Of a stretch of DNA of 64,000 nt, positions 25,001 through 34,849 are shown piece after piece (within the stretch, counting starts at the first letter, position 1; every line of letters begins with the position of its first letter). The stretch comes from Azolla caroliniana (taxonomy: Eukaryota > Plantae > Polypodiophyta), in assembly GCA_043228905.1 (NCBI GenBank), contig JBHGNT010000003.1, positions 7,750,001-7,814,000 on the forward strand. Reading direction: 5' to 3'. The notes under the pieces were generated by a model that saw only the letters and a program-made list of their open reading frames with translations, was not told where the DNA came from and searched no databases. The position numbers and the translations under genes are program-made.

Positions 25001-25610
25001 ATATGCAGTCGGAGTGGTGAGCCGGTTTATGAGCAATCCCGGCAAGGAGCACTGGAACGCAGTCAAATGGATACTCCGGTACTTGAAGGGCACTTCGAAC
25101 ATGTGTCTCTGATTCGGCTCCGATAAACCTCAACTTGACGGTTTTACCAATTCGGACATGTCGGCTGATGTAGATACCAACCGGTCTACATCCGGGTATG
25201 TAATAACATATGCAGGGGGAGCTGTTTCGTGGCAGTAGAGGCTGCAGAAGACGGTTGCATTGTCAACCACGGAAGCGGAGTACATGGCGGCTGTGGAAGT
25301 CGGCAAGGAAATATTATGGATGAAGGACTTGATTGGAGAGCTTGGTATCCGGCAAGATGAATACCGGCTTTATTGCAACAGTCAAAGTGCCATCCACCTT
25401 GCTAAGAATGCGGCCTACCATTCCCGGACGAAGCATATCCAGCGAAGGTATCACTGGATCTGGGAAAGAGTAGATGACCAGGAGTTCGCGCTGACGAAGA
25501 TCCACACGGCCGAGAACGGGTCAGGTATGCTGACCAAAGTACTGGTACCCGACAAGCTGGATGCATGCCGGAAGTGGATCGGACTAGTAAGACATCCCAT
25601 ACCGGAGTGA
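22063..25610 (+). pseudogene. Remainder of the gag-pol of Copia A (multiple stops and deletions)
   Basis: Closely similar to the Copia C pol (WVVDSG, DNGGEY, YVDDML, STTEAEY); zinc knuckle partly deleted, RT missing the YKAR segment. Confidence 0.9.
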
Positions 25611-25651
25611 AGGGGGAGTTTGTTAGGAAACAGGTCCCTCCGGATGGGAAG

Positions 25652-26385
25652 TGTTGGGAGACAGGTCCCTCTGGATGGGAAGATAGAAGAATAGTGCCGA
25701 TGAACAAACTCGGCCGAGGCCGATAGGCCGAGGCCGAAACCGGATGAGGAGTACCCGGCTACGGAGAGCCGGATGATGCAGACCCGGTGAGAACCGGATG
25801 AGGAGTACCCGGCTACGGAGAGCCGGATGGTGCAGACCCGGTGAGAACCGGATGAAGAGACATATTCGTAAATATGCTTCTGAGAGTCCATCGAGGCTAT
25901 ATTTGTAAATAACCGAAAAGTCATATTAGTATAAATATGACTTAGGGCAAACTTTTAGTTACTGTTGTTGTCATTTTTCTTGTTGGTGCAAGAAGAAGAA
26001 GAGAGAGCACGTAACAGTGTACAGAGAGAGAGAGAGGGAGAAAGAGGTCGTTGCCTCTGTTGTAACCGCCGCCTATGGCGAAGATCGTGAGCACGAGGTC
26101 GTTGCCTCTGTTGTAACCGCCGCCTATGGCGAAGATCGTGAGCACGAGGTCGTTGCCTCCGTGAACTCACTGTTTTGTACATTCTAACATAGTGATAGTT
26201 TGGAGCCTGTGGGCTGCCGTGGTTTTTTCCCTTAGTTTCGGTTTTCCACGTAAACATCCTGCATACTCTTCTCTTCCATTGTGTCGTTCTTTATTTCCCG
26301 TTTTCTGTGTATGATCCTAAGCTCGGTTGTGGCCGAGCGTTGCGTAGAGGGAGTGTTGTAGTTCCCAACGTTGTAGTTCCCGTCA
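25652..26385 (+). mobile_element. Solo LTR of the A family inserted in A's own 3' LTR
   Basis: TGTTGGGAG...CCCGTCA flanked by a perfect TSD GGAAG (25647-51, 26386-90). Removing it restores colinearity with the 5' LTR. Has an internal duplication of about 51 bp near 26043-26157. Confidence 0.85.
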
Positions 26386-26745
26386 GGAAGACCTGGTGAG
26401 AACCGGAAGACGAGTACTCGGCTACGGCAGACCTGGTGAGAACTGGATGAGGAAGACCCGGCAACGGAAGACCCGGTGTGAACCGGATGAGGAGTACCCG
26501 GCTACGGAAGACCCAGTGGGAACCGGATGAGGAGTACCCGGCAAGAGCCGGATGGTGAAGGCCCGGTGAGAACTGCTCACCGGATGAAGGGACATATTCG
26601 TAAATATGTTTCTGAGGGTCCATCGAGGCTATATCTGTAAATAGCCGAAAAGTCATGTTAGTATAAATATGACTTAGGGCAAACAGTGTGATAGTAAGGT
26701 CGTCATTCTTGTTGGTGCAAGAAGAGTGAGCGCATAACAGTGTAC

Positions 26746-26777
<32 letters not shown>

Positions 26778-27053
26778 GTTGTTGCCTCTGTTGTAACCGC
26801 CGCCTGTGGCGAAGATCGTGAGCACGAGGTTGTTGCCTCCGTGAGCTCACTTTTGTAATCATTGTAACATAGTGATAGTTTGCAGTCTATGGGTTGCCGT
26901 GGTTTTTTCCCTAGTTTGGGTTTTCCACGTAAACATCCTGTGTACTCTTCTCTTCACCGTGTCGTGTGTTCATTTCCCATTTTCTATGTATCATTCTAAG
27001 CTCGGTTGTGGCCAAGCATTGCGCATAAGGAGCGTACAGTTCCTGTCACTTCT

Positions 27054-27663
27054 GTCGCTCCAATCGCGCCGTTTGTCGAAACGGCTGCAAACCCGTTTTA
27101 CCACGGCCGTCTGCCGTGAGCCCTTTGTCTGTTTCCAATAGGGGACCCACCTTTTCCCTATCGAGCGCGTCCACCGACTTGACGAACAATAGTACTCGAC
27201 TCGTTTCGAGCACTATCCGGTCCAGCGTCGACAACCGCGCGAACCGTTTTTCGAACTCCTGGAGGAGCACCGACATGTTCCTCCCTTTTCCGGGGCTTTC
27301 CACCCACGCCATGAAGTCCCGCCTCAATAGCCGAAGCGAGTCGTCAAACCCGTACTTCTCGAGGAGCCGCAGCTTGAACTCCTCCCAAGTCTAGCATTCG
27401 GCCAGCACCTCGAGCACCTCCGCGTGGATGCTCAGCGTCACCACCTGAGGGAATCCGGACAGCCACCTGTCCACCGGGATATCCCTCATGATCATTTCGG
27501 CCCGGTAAGCCTCCAAATAACTTGTGGCGTCTTTACCTCCGAACTGGCCTATAGTGCCGACGATCGATTCAACGGCTCTGTCGAGGGTACCCATCCCCTC
27601 ACGAGCGCTTACCAGCCGGTCGACCGCTACCGCCATTGCCTCTGCTAGCTCCGATCCCCTCAT
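27054..27663 (-). pseudogene. gag N-terminus of G
   Basis: MRGSELAEAM...IGQFGGKDATSYLEAYRAEM...EFEKRFARL...VLLFVKSVD; one in-frame stop. Confidence 0.75.
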
Positions 27664-27685
27664 CTTTCGACTCCTTTTCCGCCTT

Positions 27686-27703
27686 TTCACGTTGGGTTCA
27701 CCA
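27686..27703 (-). other. Primer-binding site complementary to the tRNA-Trp 3' end
   Basis: The + strand reads TTCACGTTGGGTTCACCA, against the plant tRNA-Trp 3' end TTCACGTCGGGTTCA-CCA as I recall it (17/18). It lies 4 nt from the 5' LTR. Confidence 0.7.
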
Positions 27704-27707
27704 AATA

Positions 27708-28353
27708 TGTCGCGTTATTACACGTGTGCGTATATAAAGAGGCAGGACCACGAGGGTCTCGGACCAAAAGAGAGAGAGAGAGAGAGAGAGAGAAGTACAC
27801 AGAGAGAGATTAAGAGCAAGGAAAATAGGAATCCAATTACTATAGTCAATAGCTTACAACCGGCAACCCGGTAATGGACCCGACACGGGGTCCTACTCAC
27901 GCACACCGACGACAGCCACACGACTCGAAGAAACGAAGGGGGAAAGGGGGAGGAGAGAGACTCTGTTGGAAGCACACGGCTTGTCCATGAAGCAGATGCA
28001 GCGAACTCCAGACACCCGCAGAGAACGACGATCAGAGGAGAGAGAGCTCGGCACTCGGTTCTGCAGCAGCACTTCGTCCTCGCCAACGCGCGATCCCCTC
28101 TCTTCCTTCTCTCCTCTCCTTAAATAGTTCCCAAAAGGGGGTACCCTGTTTCCCTAGTCAAATCGCTTTATTCCCTGTCCCTTCTGACAGAGATACGCAC
28201 AATCAGCCAATAAATGTGTACTACTTAGTATTTACATCAGCCGATCCATTTATGAATCAATATCAAAATATCAATTCACGCGTCCATCCGTGTAAGAGCC
28301 GGTTCATGCGCCTTTTTGTCTGATTCCGCCTATGGCCGGTTTTCTTCACGACA
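27708..28353 (-). repeat. 5' LTR of G (646 bp)
   Basis: TGTCGCGTTA...TTCACGACA; ends resemble 2219-2997 but the interior is very divergent. Confidence 0.8.
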
Positions 28354-31300
28354 ACGTATATAACCCATTCGTAAATAGTCCTTGAGTTGCTTAGCTACCT
28401 CATACTCTTCAGATCGACTTAAGCGATAAGGAGGTACACTTATTGGTGCAACACCATGTACAATATCTATACGATGGTCTATATTACGTTTAGGAGGTAA
28501 ACCATCTGGTAGTTCACTCGGAAAAACATCACGAAAATCATTTAAGATATCATCAAGTTGTTGTTGAAAATATGTTAATTGAACTGAGACATTATCGATA
28601 TTGTAAACGTGAATGTCCGGATCAAGTACACAATAAAATAGAGTAGAACAAGACAACTCGGATATTGATGGACACGAGGAAACAATCGAGAGGGATTGTT
28701 TTTTTAAACATTGAATAAAATGAGTACAATCGTTCAGTACAAATGTAATTGAATGATGAACCCAATCAATAGATAAAGAAGAGTTTTTATTATAAAACTA
28801 GGGATAACCCAGTATTACATCGGTGGTACAAAGATTCATTACATGGAAGTCTACTTCCTCTATATAAGTGTCAATAGAAATTCCTAATGAATGAATCGCG
28901 TCGTTGATGTATTGTACTCTTCCATCAGCCAAGTGCACCGTGTAGGTGTGCTCACTTATAGTGGGTTGGATTCCCCATATCTGAACCAAACGATCATTCA
29001 CAAAGTTGTGTGAGCTTCCCGAATCAAATAAAAATTGTATGGGGGATCCATTGATATACCCATTTGCACGTAGTAAATCATTGGTACCCAATACATAGTG
29101 AGAGAAAGAACATTGACAATTACTTAAATGATGTGTATAGACCTGAAGGACATTAGGAATCTAACCTTTATGGTCTGCAGCCTTAGCTTTGTTGTCATGC
29201 TCTTTCCGTTGGAGCTTTCGACATTGCTCTTTTGTATGACCCTTCTTTTTGCAGAATACGCAAAAAGGATGTTGTCGCTTACAATCGCGATCCATGAATT
29301 CGTTGGGTGTCTTACGTTTCCCAGCGAATTGTGACTGCTTAGTCCCAGGCGCTTCGTTGGGTTTGTTGTGGTCCTTCTTCGAAGTGCGTTGATAGCGAAG
29401 AACTATTTCAACGGCCTCTTCGAAGGATTTTGGATCCTTATCGTGCACTATCCAATGATAGTCCGAATTGGGGATGACATTGACAAAACAAGTTATTAAC
29501 CAATTGTCCCCTTCTAGACCCGATTTTTGGATTTGGATTCTAGCATGGTGAACATAGTCTTCTAGCGAGGAAAACTTCCTGCTAGAGAGGTTCATTAAAG
29601 CTTGTGCTGCCTCGGTTGAAGAGGGAGGTTGGAGAAATTGGCCCTTGAAAACTGTGACAAAATATGTCCAGGTATCGGGCAATTTCCCCAAAGTATGGAG
29701 CCCACACCACCAGGCGGCGGCCTTACCCCCTAGTTCTCGACCGGCATATGCAATCTTCGTACTATCTAGCGTGGGATAGAGCTCAAAATGAGACTCCCAT
29801 CGGCCCAGCCACGTGTAGATTGCTTCTTCGGTTCATTCCTTTTTGTCTCCCATAAATGGCTTAACGACAAATGATGGTTCACCCTGTCGCTCATCAGGTC
29901 TATTAGTCTCACGTTGTAGACTAATGACACGTGCCTCGAGAGCACTTTGAGATTGCCTAAGTTCGGTCATCTGTTGAGCGGTGAAACTAAGGTATTGGGT
30001 TATTTGCGAAAAATACATCTCAATGGACATTTGTCCAGGAGGATTCCCTTGAGTTCCTTCCGCTTGAGCGGATGACATCGGGTCATTATTTTGACCCATT
30101 AAATGATTATTTCTGGAAAAGAAATAGGATAAGGTTAGAGAGATAGTCATAACATCATGTCGTGATGTAAACATATCATGGGCAAACATTAATCGATATC
30201 ATGATCTCACGTCAATACCCCTCTAGACGTATGAGATAAGGTTCAAGATCAGGTTACTATGGTAACACAAAGGTGTTTTAAAAACCATGGTGAAGACAAT
30301 TTAATGTCTTTCCCTGATCTCTATATCGATTTTTTCATGGCGGCTCCTCAAGGCTCAACCATGTATGTTCGCGTCATGAATAGTTATACACGAAAAAAAT
30401 GTTAACAATAAACTATGTTTCGTTGCCCACATATGTGGTTTCGGCTCTTTAAGTCCTATTACGAGGACCCCGAACTGCACTTAGACCTCAAGTCTAAACA
30501 TGTGTTATAATCATATGTATCAACGATGGTGTATGGTCTTGGTCATATTTAAACTCGAGACCTCGAGAACAAATGCATTAAACATTTGAGCCAACCAAGT
30601 AAGTTGCTCTTTTTGAATGTTTAATGTTTCATGCGTATAAGAGATATGCAAGGCATTTGCCCATATATGTTTTTTTAAAAGAAACATATATGTCAAGAGT
30701 CCTTATTTCGCCATCATTTACTAGAACTATGTTGGTACGTTACCTAACCTCAAGTCTCGTAATTACAATGGCATACACCAAAGTGCAACCTAATGGTCAA
30801 GCCAAATGAGCCCTCTTTTTGTAGTAGGCCCACGTGTCCCATCACATGGTCACGTCATTACGAATGCCTCTCGTAAGAATGATCTCATGGTGGCATCGTA
30901 TCCATGTAATGAGGGAGGGATGTTGGATACGTGTGTCATAAGAGCGACCTCACATGAAGTGGGTCAAACCCTACGTACTCAACATCATTATGGCTATTGG
31001 TGTTTCTTTATGTAACGAAATATCGAAGTCACCAACGGGGATTTCAACAATAAAAATTTTTGAAAAAAAGGGACGGTAACAACACGATTCTCACAAAAAT
31101 GTGAGGACGGCCACCAAGAACCTTTCCCCGTAAAAGAAAACATTTGATTTAAAATCACGTAATAACTTATATACACATATGTATATTATCACATATATAC
31201 GATCAACTATGTATACACGTGACCACATATGCCTATATTAAAGAAATCGTTATATTTAATAGCCAAAAATGACATAATCGAGATACGTAATCGAGGCATA

Positions 31301-32235
31301 TAACTCTACGCACACGAGACATCCAAAAATAAGGGTTCAACGTAATACGCAATTGAGGTATTGACCTCTTACGCATACGAGACCAAACGCATATCATTTA
31401 CAATAAAATCGAGGTGTTGACCTCATACGCAAACGTAACATATGTTCATGAATGTAATACGTAATTGAGGTATTAACCTCGTACGCATACGACACTCATC
31501 ACATATTATTTATATGTCAAACGAGGTATTGACCTCGTGCACACATGTAAGCATTTTAGATAACCAATTAAATATCACTACAACATCATTTAATTAATGA
31601 AAATAATCTACATATTAACCATACACATGATTAAATAGACAAAAAATAACAAGAAAGATTACCAAAGTTCCTTGTTGATCCTTGTCTGCATGAAGGCCAA
31701 CCGCACAACGATCGATCGCCATCCATCAAGAAGATAAGACCAACAAAAGAAACATTAGTACATAGGCTATGATACCAAATATTAGAGACATGTACTAAAG
31801 TAAGCATTAGATAAGGATAGATCTCGGTAGATAGAAAGAAAGGAGAGAGAGAAAGAAGGGTGCCGATCCACCCAACCACCCTCGAGCAAAGGGATCGAGA
31901 TGGACTCGAGCCTCGATCGGCATCCCATACCACCGTCGTGGCGTCAAGTCATACCTGGTGCTGGTGCACTCGCTACAATAGTTGGCCCACCACAAGACAG
32001 AGTCTCGACGTAGTCAACAAGATAATGAAATGAGGGTAGCTAGGCCTCTATTTATAGCGATACCCAAGGCTCCCAGCCATGTTCACACTTGGCCTAATGG
32101 GTTGTCTCAATCCCGAGGATTTAAAAGTAATCCCCGCCTTCTTCACACTCTCGTTTAACCCTCACACTTATCCACGTGTATAGAATACTACGGTAAATTC
32201 TCACCACGGGATATTATATGGTCATGCCCATAACA
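28354..32235 (-). mobile_element. 5' half of a Ty3/gypsy chromovirus (LTR, PBS, long leader, gag, PR, start of RT)
   Basis: LTR-Chr 31780-32235; PBS TGGTATCATAGCC 31765-31777; gag about 30100-29161 with CVFCKKKGHTKEQC; protease FLFDSGSSHNFV and DVILGYP; RT entry FRDVFPSELPDGLPPKRNIDHRIDI...PYRLS, cut by G. Confidence 0.88.
31289..31545. repeat. Five hairpin-bearing tandem units (period 62, 56, 56, 56 bp) in the chromovirus leader
   Basis: GAGG cores at 31293, 31355, 31411, 31467 and 31523; consensus AATYGAGGTRTTRACCTCNTACGCA. Confidence 0.8.
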
Positions 32236-33338
32236 TCGTGGCATGAATTTCAGGTAGCCCAGGAATGGTTACCCACCCTCTAGTTCAACTGGCACGTGTT
32301 TCCACCACCCCTTCGCACATCTCCGACCGAAGCTGGAATGATCCATGTCATGCTGCGTTTCCTCCATACATACCTTGACGTCCCTGACCCCGACATTCAA
32401 GACAACCTTCATTTTTTGCAACTGTTGCTCATTCTCCTCGACTCTGGCCCTTACGAGACTCCTGTGTTCAAGCAATACTACCACCCGACGTGGGGTCTTG
32501 CGTTTGATTTGAATAACGGCCCCACACGTCGTCAATTGGTTGGCCTCTGGACCCGTGTCAGCGTGCTACCCGCCATCTACAAACGGGATTTTGAAACCAT
32601 GATAGACACACGCTTCTTTCCCGCTTACATCAGTTTTGGTAGAAACCCCCCCCCCCCCCCCCCCCCCTCTCCCTTCCCCGGCTACAACACCTCCATGTGG
32701 ATAGTTGGCCCCAAGAAGGACTTCTTCACAACAACCGATCAAATGCAAGAAATCCGCTTACCGCCCCTCAACATCAGACGTCTTCGCCACCATCTTCGCT
32801 GCCGACGAACCCCCCTACTCTATCCTTCTCGCCCCTGACGTCCCAAGCTCCCCTCCCACATTGCACCCAGGGGTGTGCACTCATTAGGTTGGGGGGGATG
32901 TTAAGCGCTTGGATTGCACCACATCCGGTCATGCAGAAGAGTGCATCAACAAGGGCGTAGTATGGCTAAAGGACCTATGAAGAAGAAATGGCAAGAGGAA
33001 AAAGGGCTAAGGGACATCCAAGTGTGAAAGGGCCATACCCTAAATGTAAATGCTATATAAACCACATTGTGGTGGCTTTGTAAGGGTTCTTCCATTTGTA
33101 AAGATCTCCCTATTGATTAAGAGCTCAAGCTTCCTCTCCTCTTTCTTGTAACCTTTAAGCTTAAGAGAGATTAGTGAGGTGTTTCATTAGAGAACACTAA
33201 TCTCTCTTCCTTGTTGGTGCTAGAACTCTTAGCAAAGAGGGTTAATAAACATATTCATTACTCTTATTGTCTATATTCATTACCCTATTTTCTATGTGAG
33301 CGAGCTTGAGAGGGTGAGGGAGATATCGTGCTTAATCA
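32236..33338 (+). mobile_element. 3' end of another LTR retrotransposon: extra ORF, PPT and LTR
   Basis: Reading frame 32236-32838 (one stop at 32281); G-run PPT 32891-32897; LTR TGTTAAGC...GCTTAATCA 32899-33338 with TATATAAA near 33055. Confidence 0.6.
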
Positions 33339-33487
33339 TCTATTAATCGTTAAGTGAGTGTGAGGCTCGGAGGTGTCCAACAACCATCTCCGCCCAATTC
33401 GTCATCAAAAGGGTATACGCTGGTCCGAGCTCCGCAAATGACATCGAGGAGTTAACTCTGTCGATACATAGATCCTACACAAGTAGA

Positions 33488-33880
33488 ATAGCTAATTAGC
33501 TAAGATGTAGCTAATCAGCTACTGCCAATCTATAGTGTAGCAGCTAATTAGCTACATCTCATAGCTAATTAGCTAAGCAATATCAAGAGTGGTAGCTAAT
33601 TAGCTACTGCCATACTTCAGTAGAATAGCTAATTAGCTAAGCAATATCAAGAGTGGTAGCTAATTAGCTACTACCATACTTAAGGAGAATAGATCTAGTA
33701 TTAGTCTAGTAGCTAATTAGCTACATCTCATAACTAATTAGCTAAGCAGTATCAAGAGTGGTAGCTAATTAGCAGTACCAAACAATATCAAGAGTGACCG
33801 CTAATTAACTAACATGTAGCTAATTAGCAACTGTCAATCTATAGTCTAGTTACTGCCAATGTTTAGTTGTCAGCTAAGGT
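33488..33880. repeat. Array built on the palindrome TAGCTAATTAGCTA
   Basis: About a dozen exact or near copies, interleaved with AGCAATATCAAGAGTGG. Confidence 0.85.
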
Positions 33881-34849
33881 GGTAGAAAAACACAAGTGTA
33901 GTGGATAAATAACTTCATCGAAGTAGCTACACCTAACTACCAAAAGTACTGGCTAAAGAGAAGCCGCTAATTACCTGACATGTTGTAGAATCTCGTGGAT
34001 TAAGGAGGTTGCATGAGGTGTCTGGTGCCGATGACGTTGCAACCGATGAGGAGATACCTAGCAACGTGGTTGAAAGTAAGAGTCCTACTATCACATCTCC
34101 TTCAGATCAGTTCCACCCTATTCTTTTGGAAGATTGCACTGAATTAGGCAACGTTGTGAAAAGCCATGAAATATTGGACCCAACATGTAAATCTAGGTTC
34201 ATAACAACAATGTTTTTGTACACTCGATGCAACATTTCTTCGAATCCCAAAACCTTGATTGAACCCCACCGAGCCCCAATTGTTGATGATGTCCCACTAG
34301 ATCCCACTCTACTTGAACAGTTAGCGCAAGACGCGGCTGGCGTGCAAACTGTTGTTGAGGCGATGGAAAGATTGTTGGAGGAGGACACACTTGCACAATG
34401 GGTGAAAGAAGCAAGGCTAAATGGGGGCCAAATGGGCAACCTTCTAGAAAAAGGTTGAAGAAGGGGCCATGATTGGGGACAAGACCAGTTACTCGGTCAA
34501 GGGGCTCTTGAATTGGATGTGTGGGATATGATTGTTAACTATTTCCTAGAAAATTATGAAGTTTTTCTATGATCTATTTGGACAAGTAAAACCTCAGATT
34601 GGTTGTTGCTTGATCCACATTATGTAATGGAACTCTATGATGGGTATTAAGATAATATTATTATTTTGTTGTAGATTATTTCATGTTCATTATGTTGTTT
34701 TGTGAGACTGTTAGCTACTTTGTGAGTGCGAATATGTTGGTGTTTGAATCTATTGCTCCTAAGACCGATAGCGGTGTGGAAACTATTGATGTTGTTGCGT
34801 GTTTAGAGGGCCCCATCTTGAAAGTAGATGTAGCAACTGACACAAATGT

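Larger units (their letters stand above)
10168..27048 (+). mobile_element. Ty1/copia element A (decayed), inserted in the gag of G
   Basis: 5' LTR 10168-10885; PBS TGGTATCAGAGC 10889-10900 (tRNA-iMet); PPT GAAGGGGGAG near 25609-25618; 3' LTR 25621-27048, split by a solo LTR. TSD CTTCC/CTTCT (one mismatch). Confidence 0.9.
2219..28353 (-). mobile_element. Ty3/gypsy element G (non-chromovirus type, decayed, probably chimeric), interrupted by Copia A
   Basis: 5' LTR 27708-28353, PBS 27686-27703, gag-PR-RT-RH on the minus strand, PPT 2998-3008, 3' LTR 2219-2997. Both LTRs read TGTCGC...TTCACGACA on the + strand. No TSD (CACGG versus ACGTA). Confidence 0.8.

Noticed and set aside
25621-27048. Tandem 3' LTRs from a 2-LTR circle or unequal crossover
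   Set aside because: The perfect GGAAG TSD and restored colinearity show a nested solo LTR instead.
29158-29163. Programmed stop-codon readthrough between chromovirus gag and pol (in-frame TAG)
   Set aside because: The context TAG-ATTCCT lacks the CARYYA readthrough signal, and the element has other nonsense changes (for example LGYP* where W is expected). Decay is the simpler explanation; it cannot be settled without other copies.
31289-31545. CRISPR array (palindromic repeats with regular spacers)
   Set aside because: Eukaryotic retroelement context, no cas genes, degenerate repeats, and alternate spacers are related to each other. Kept as a hairpin tandem repeat.
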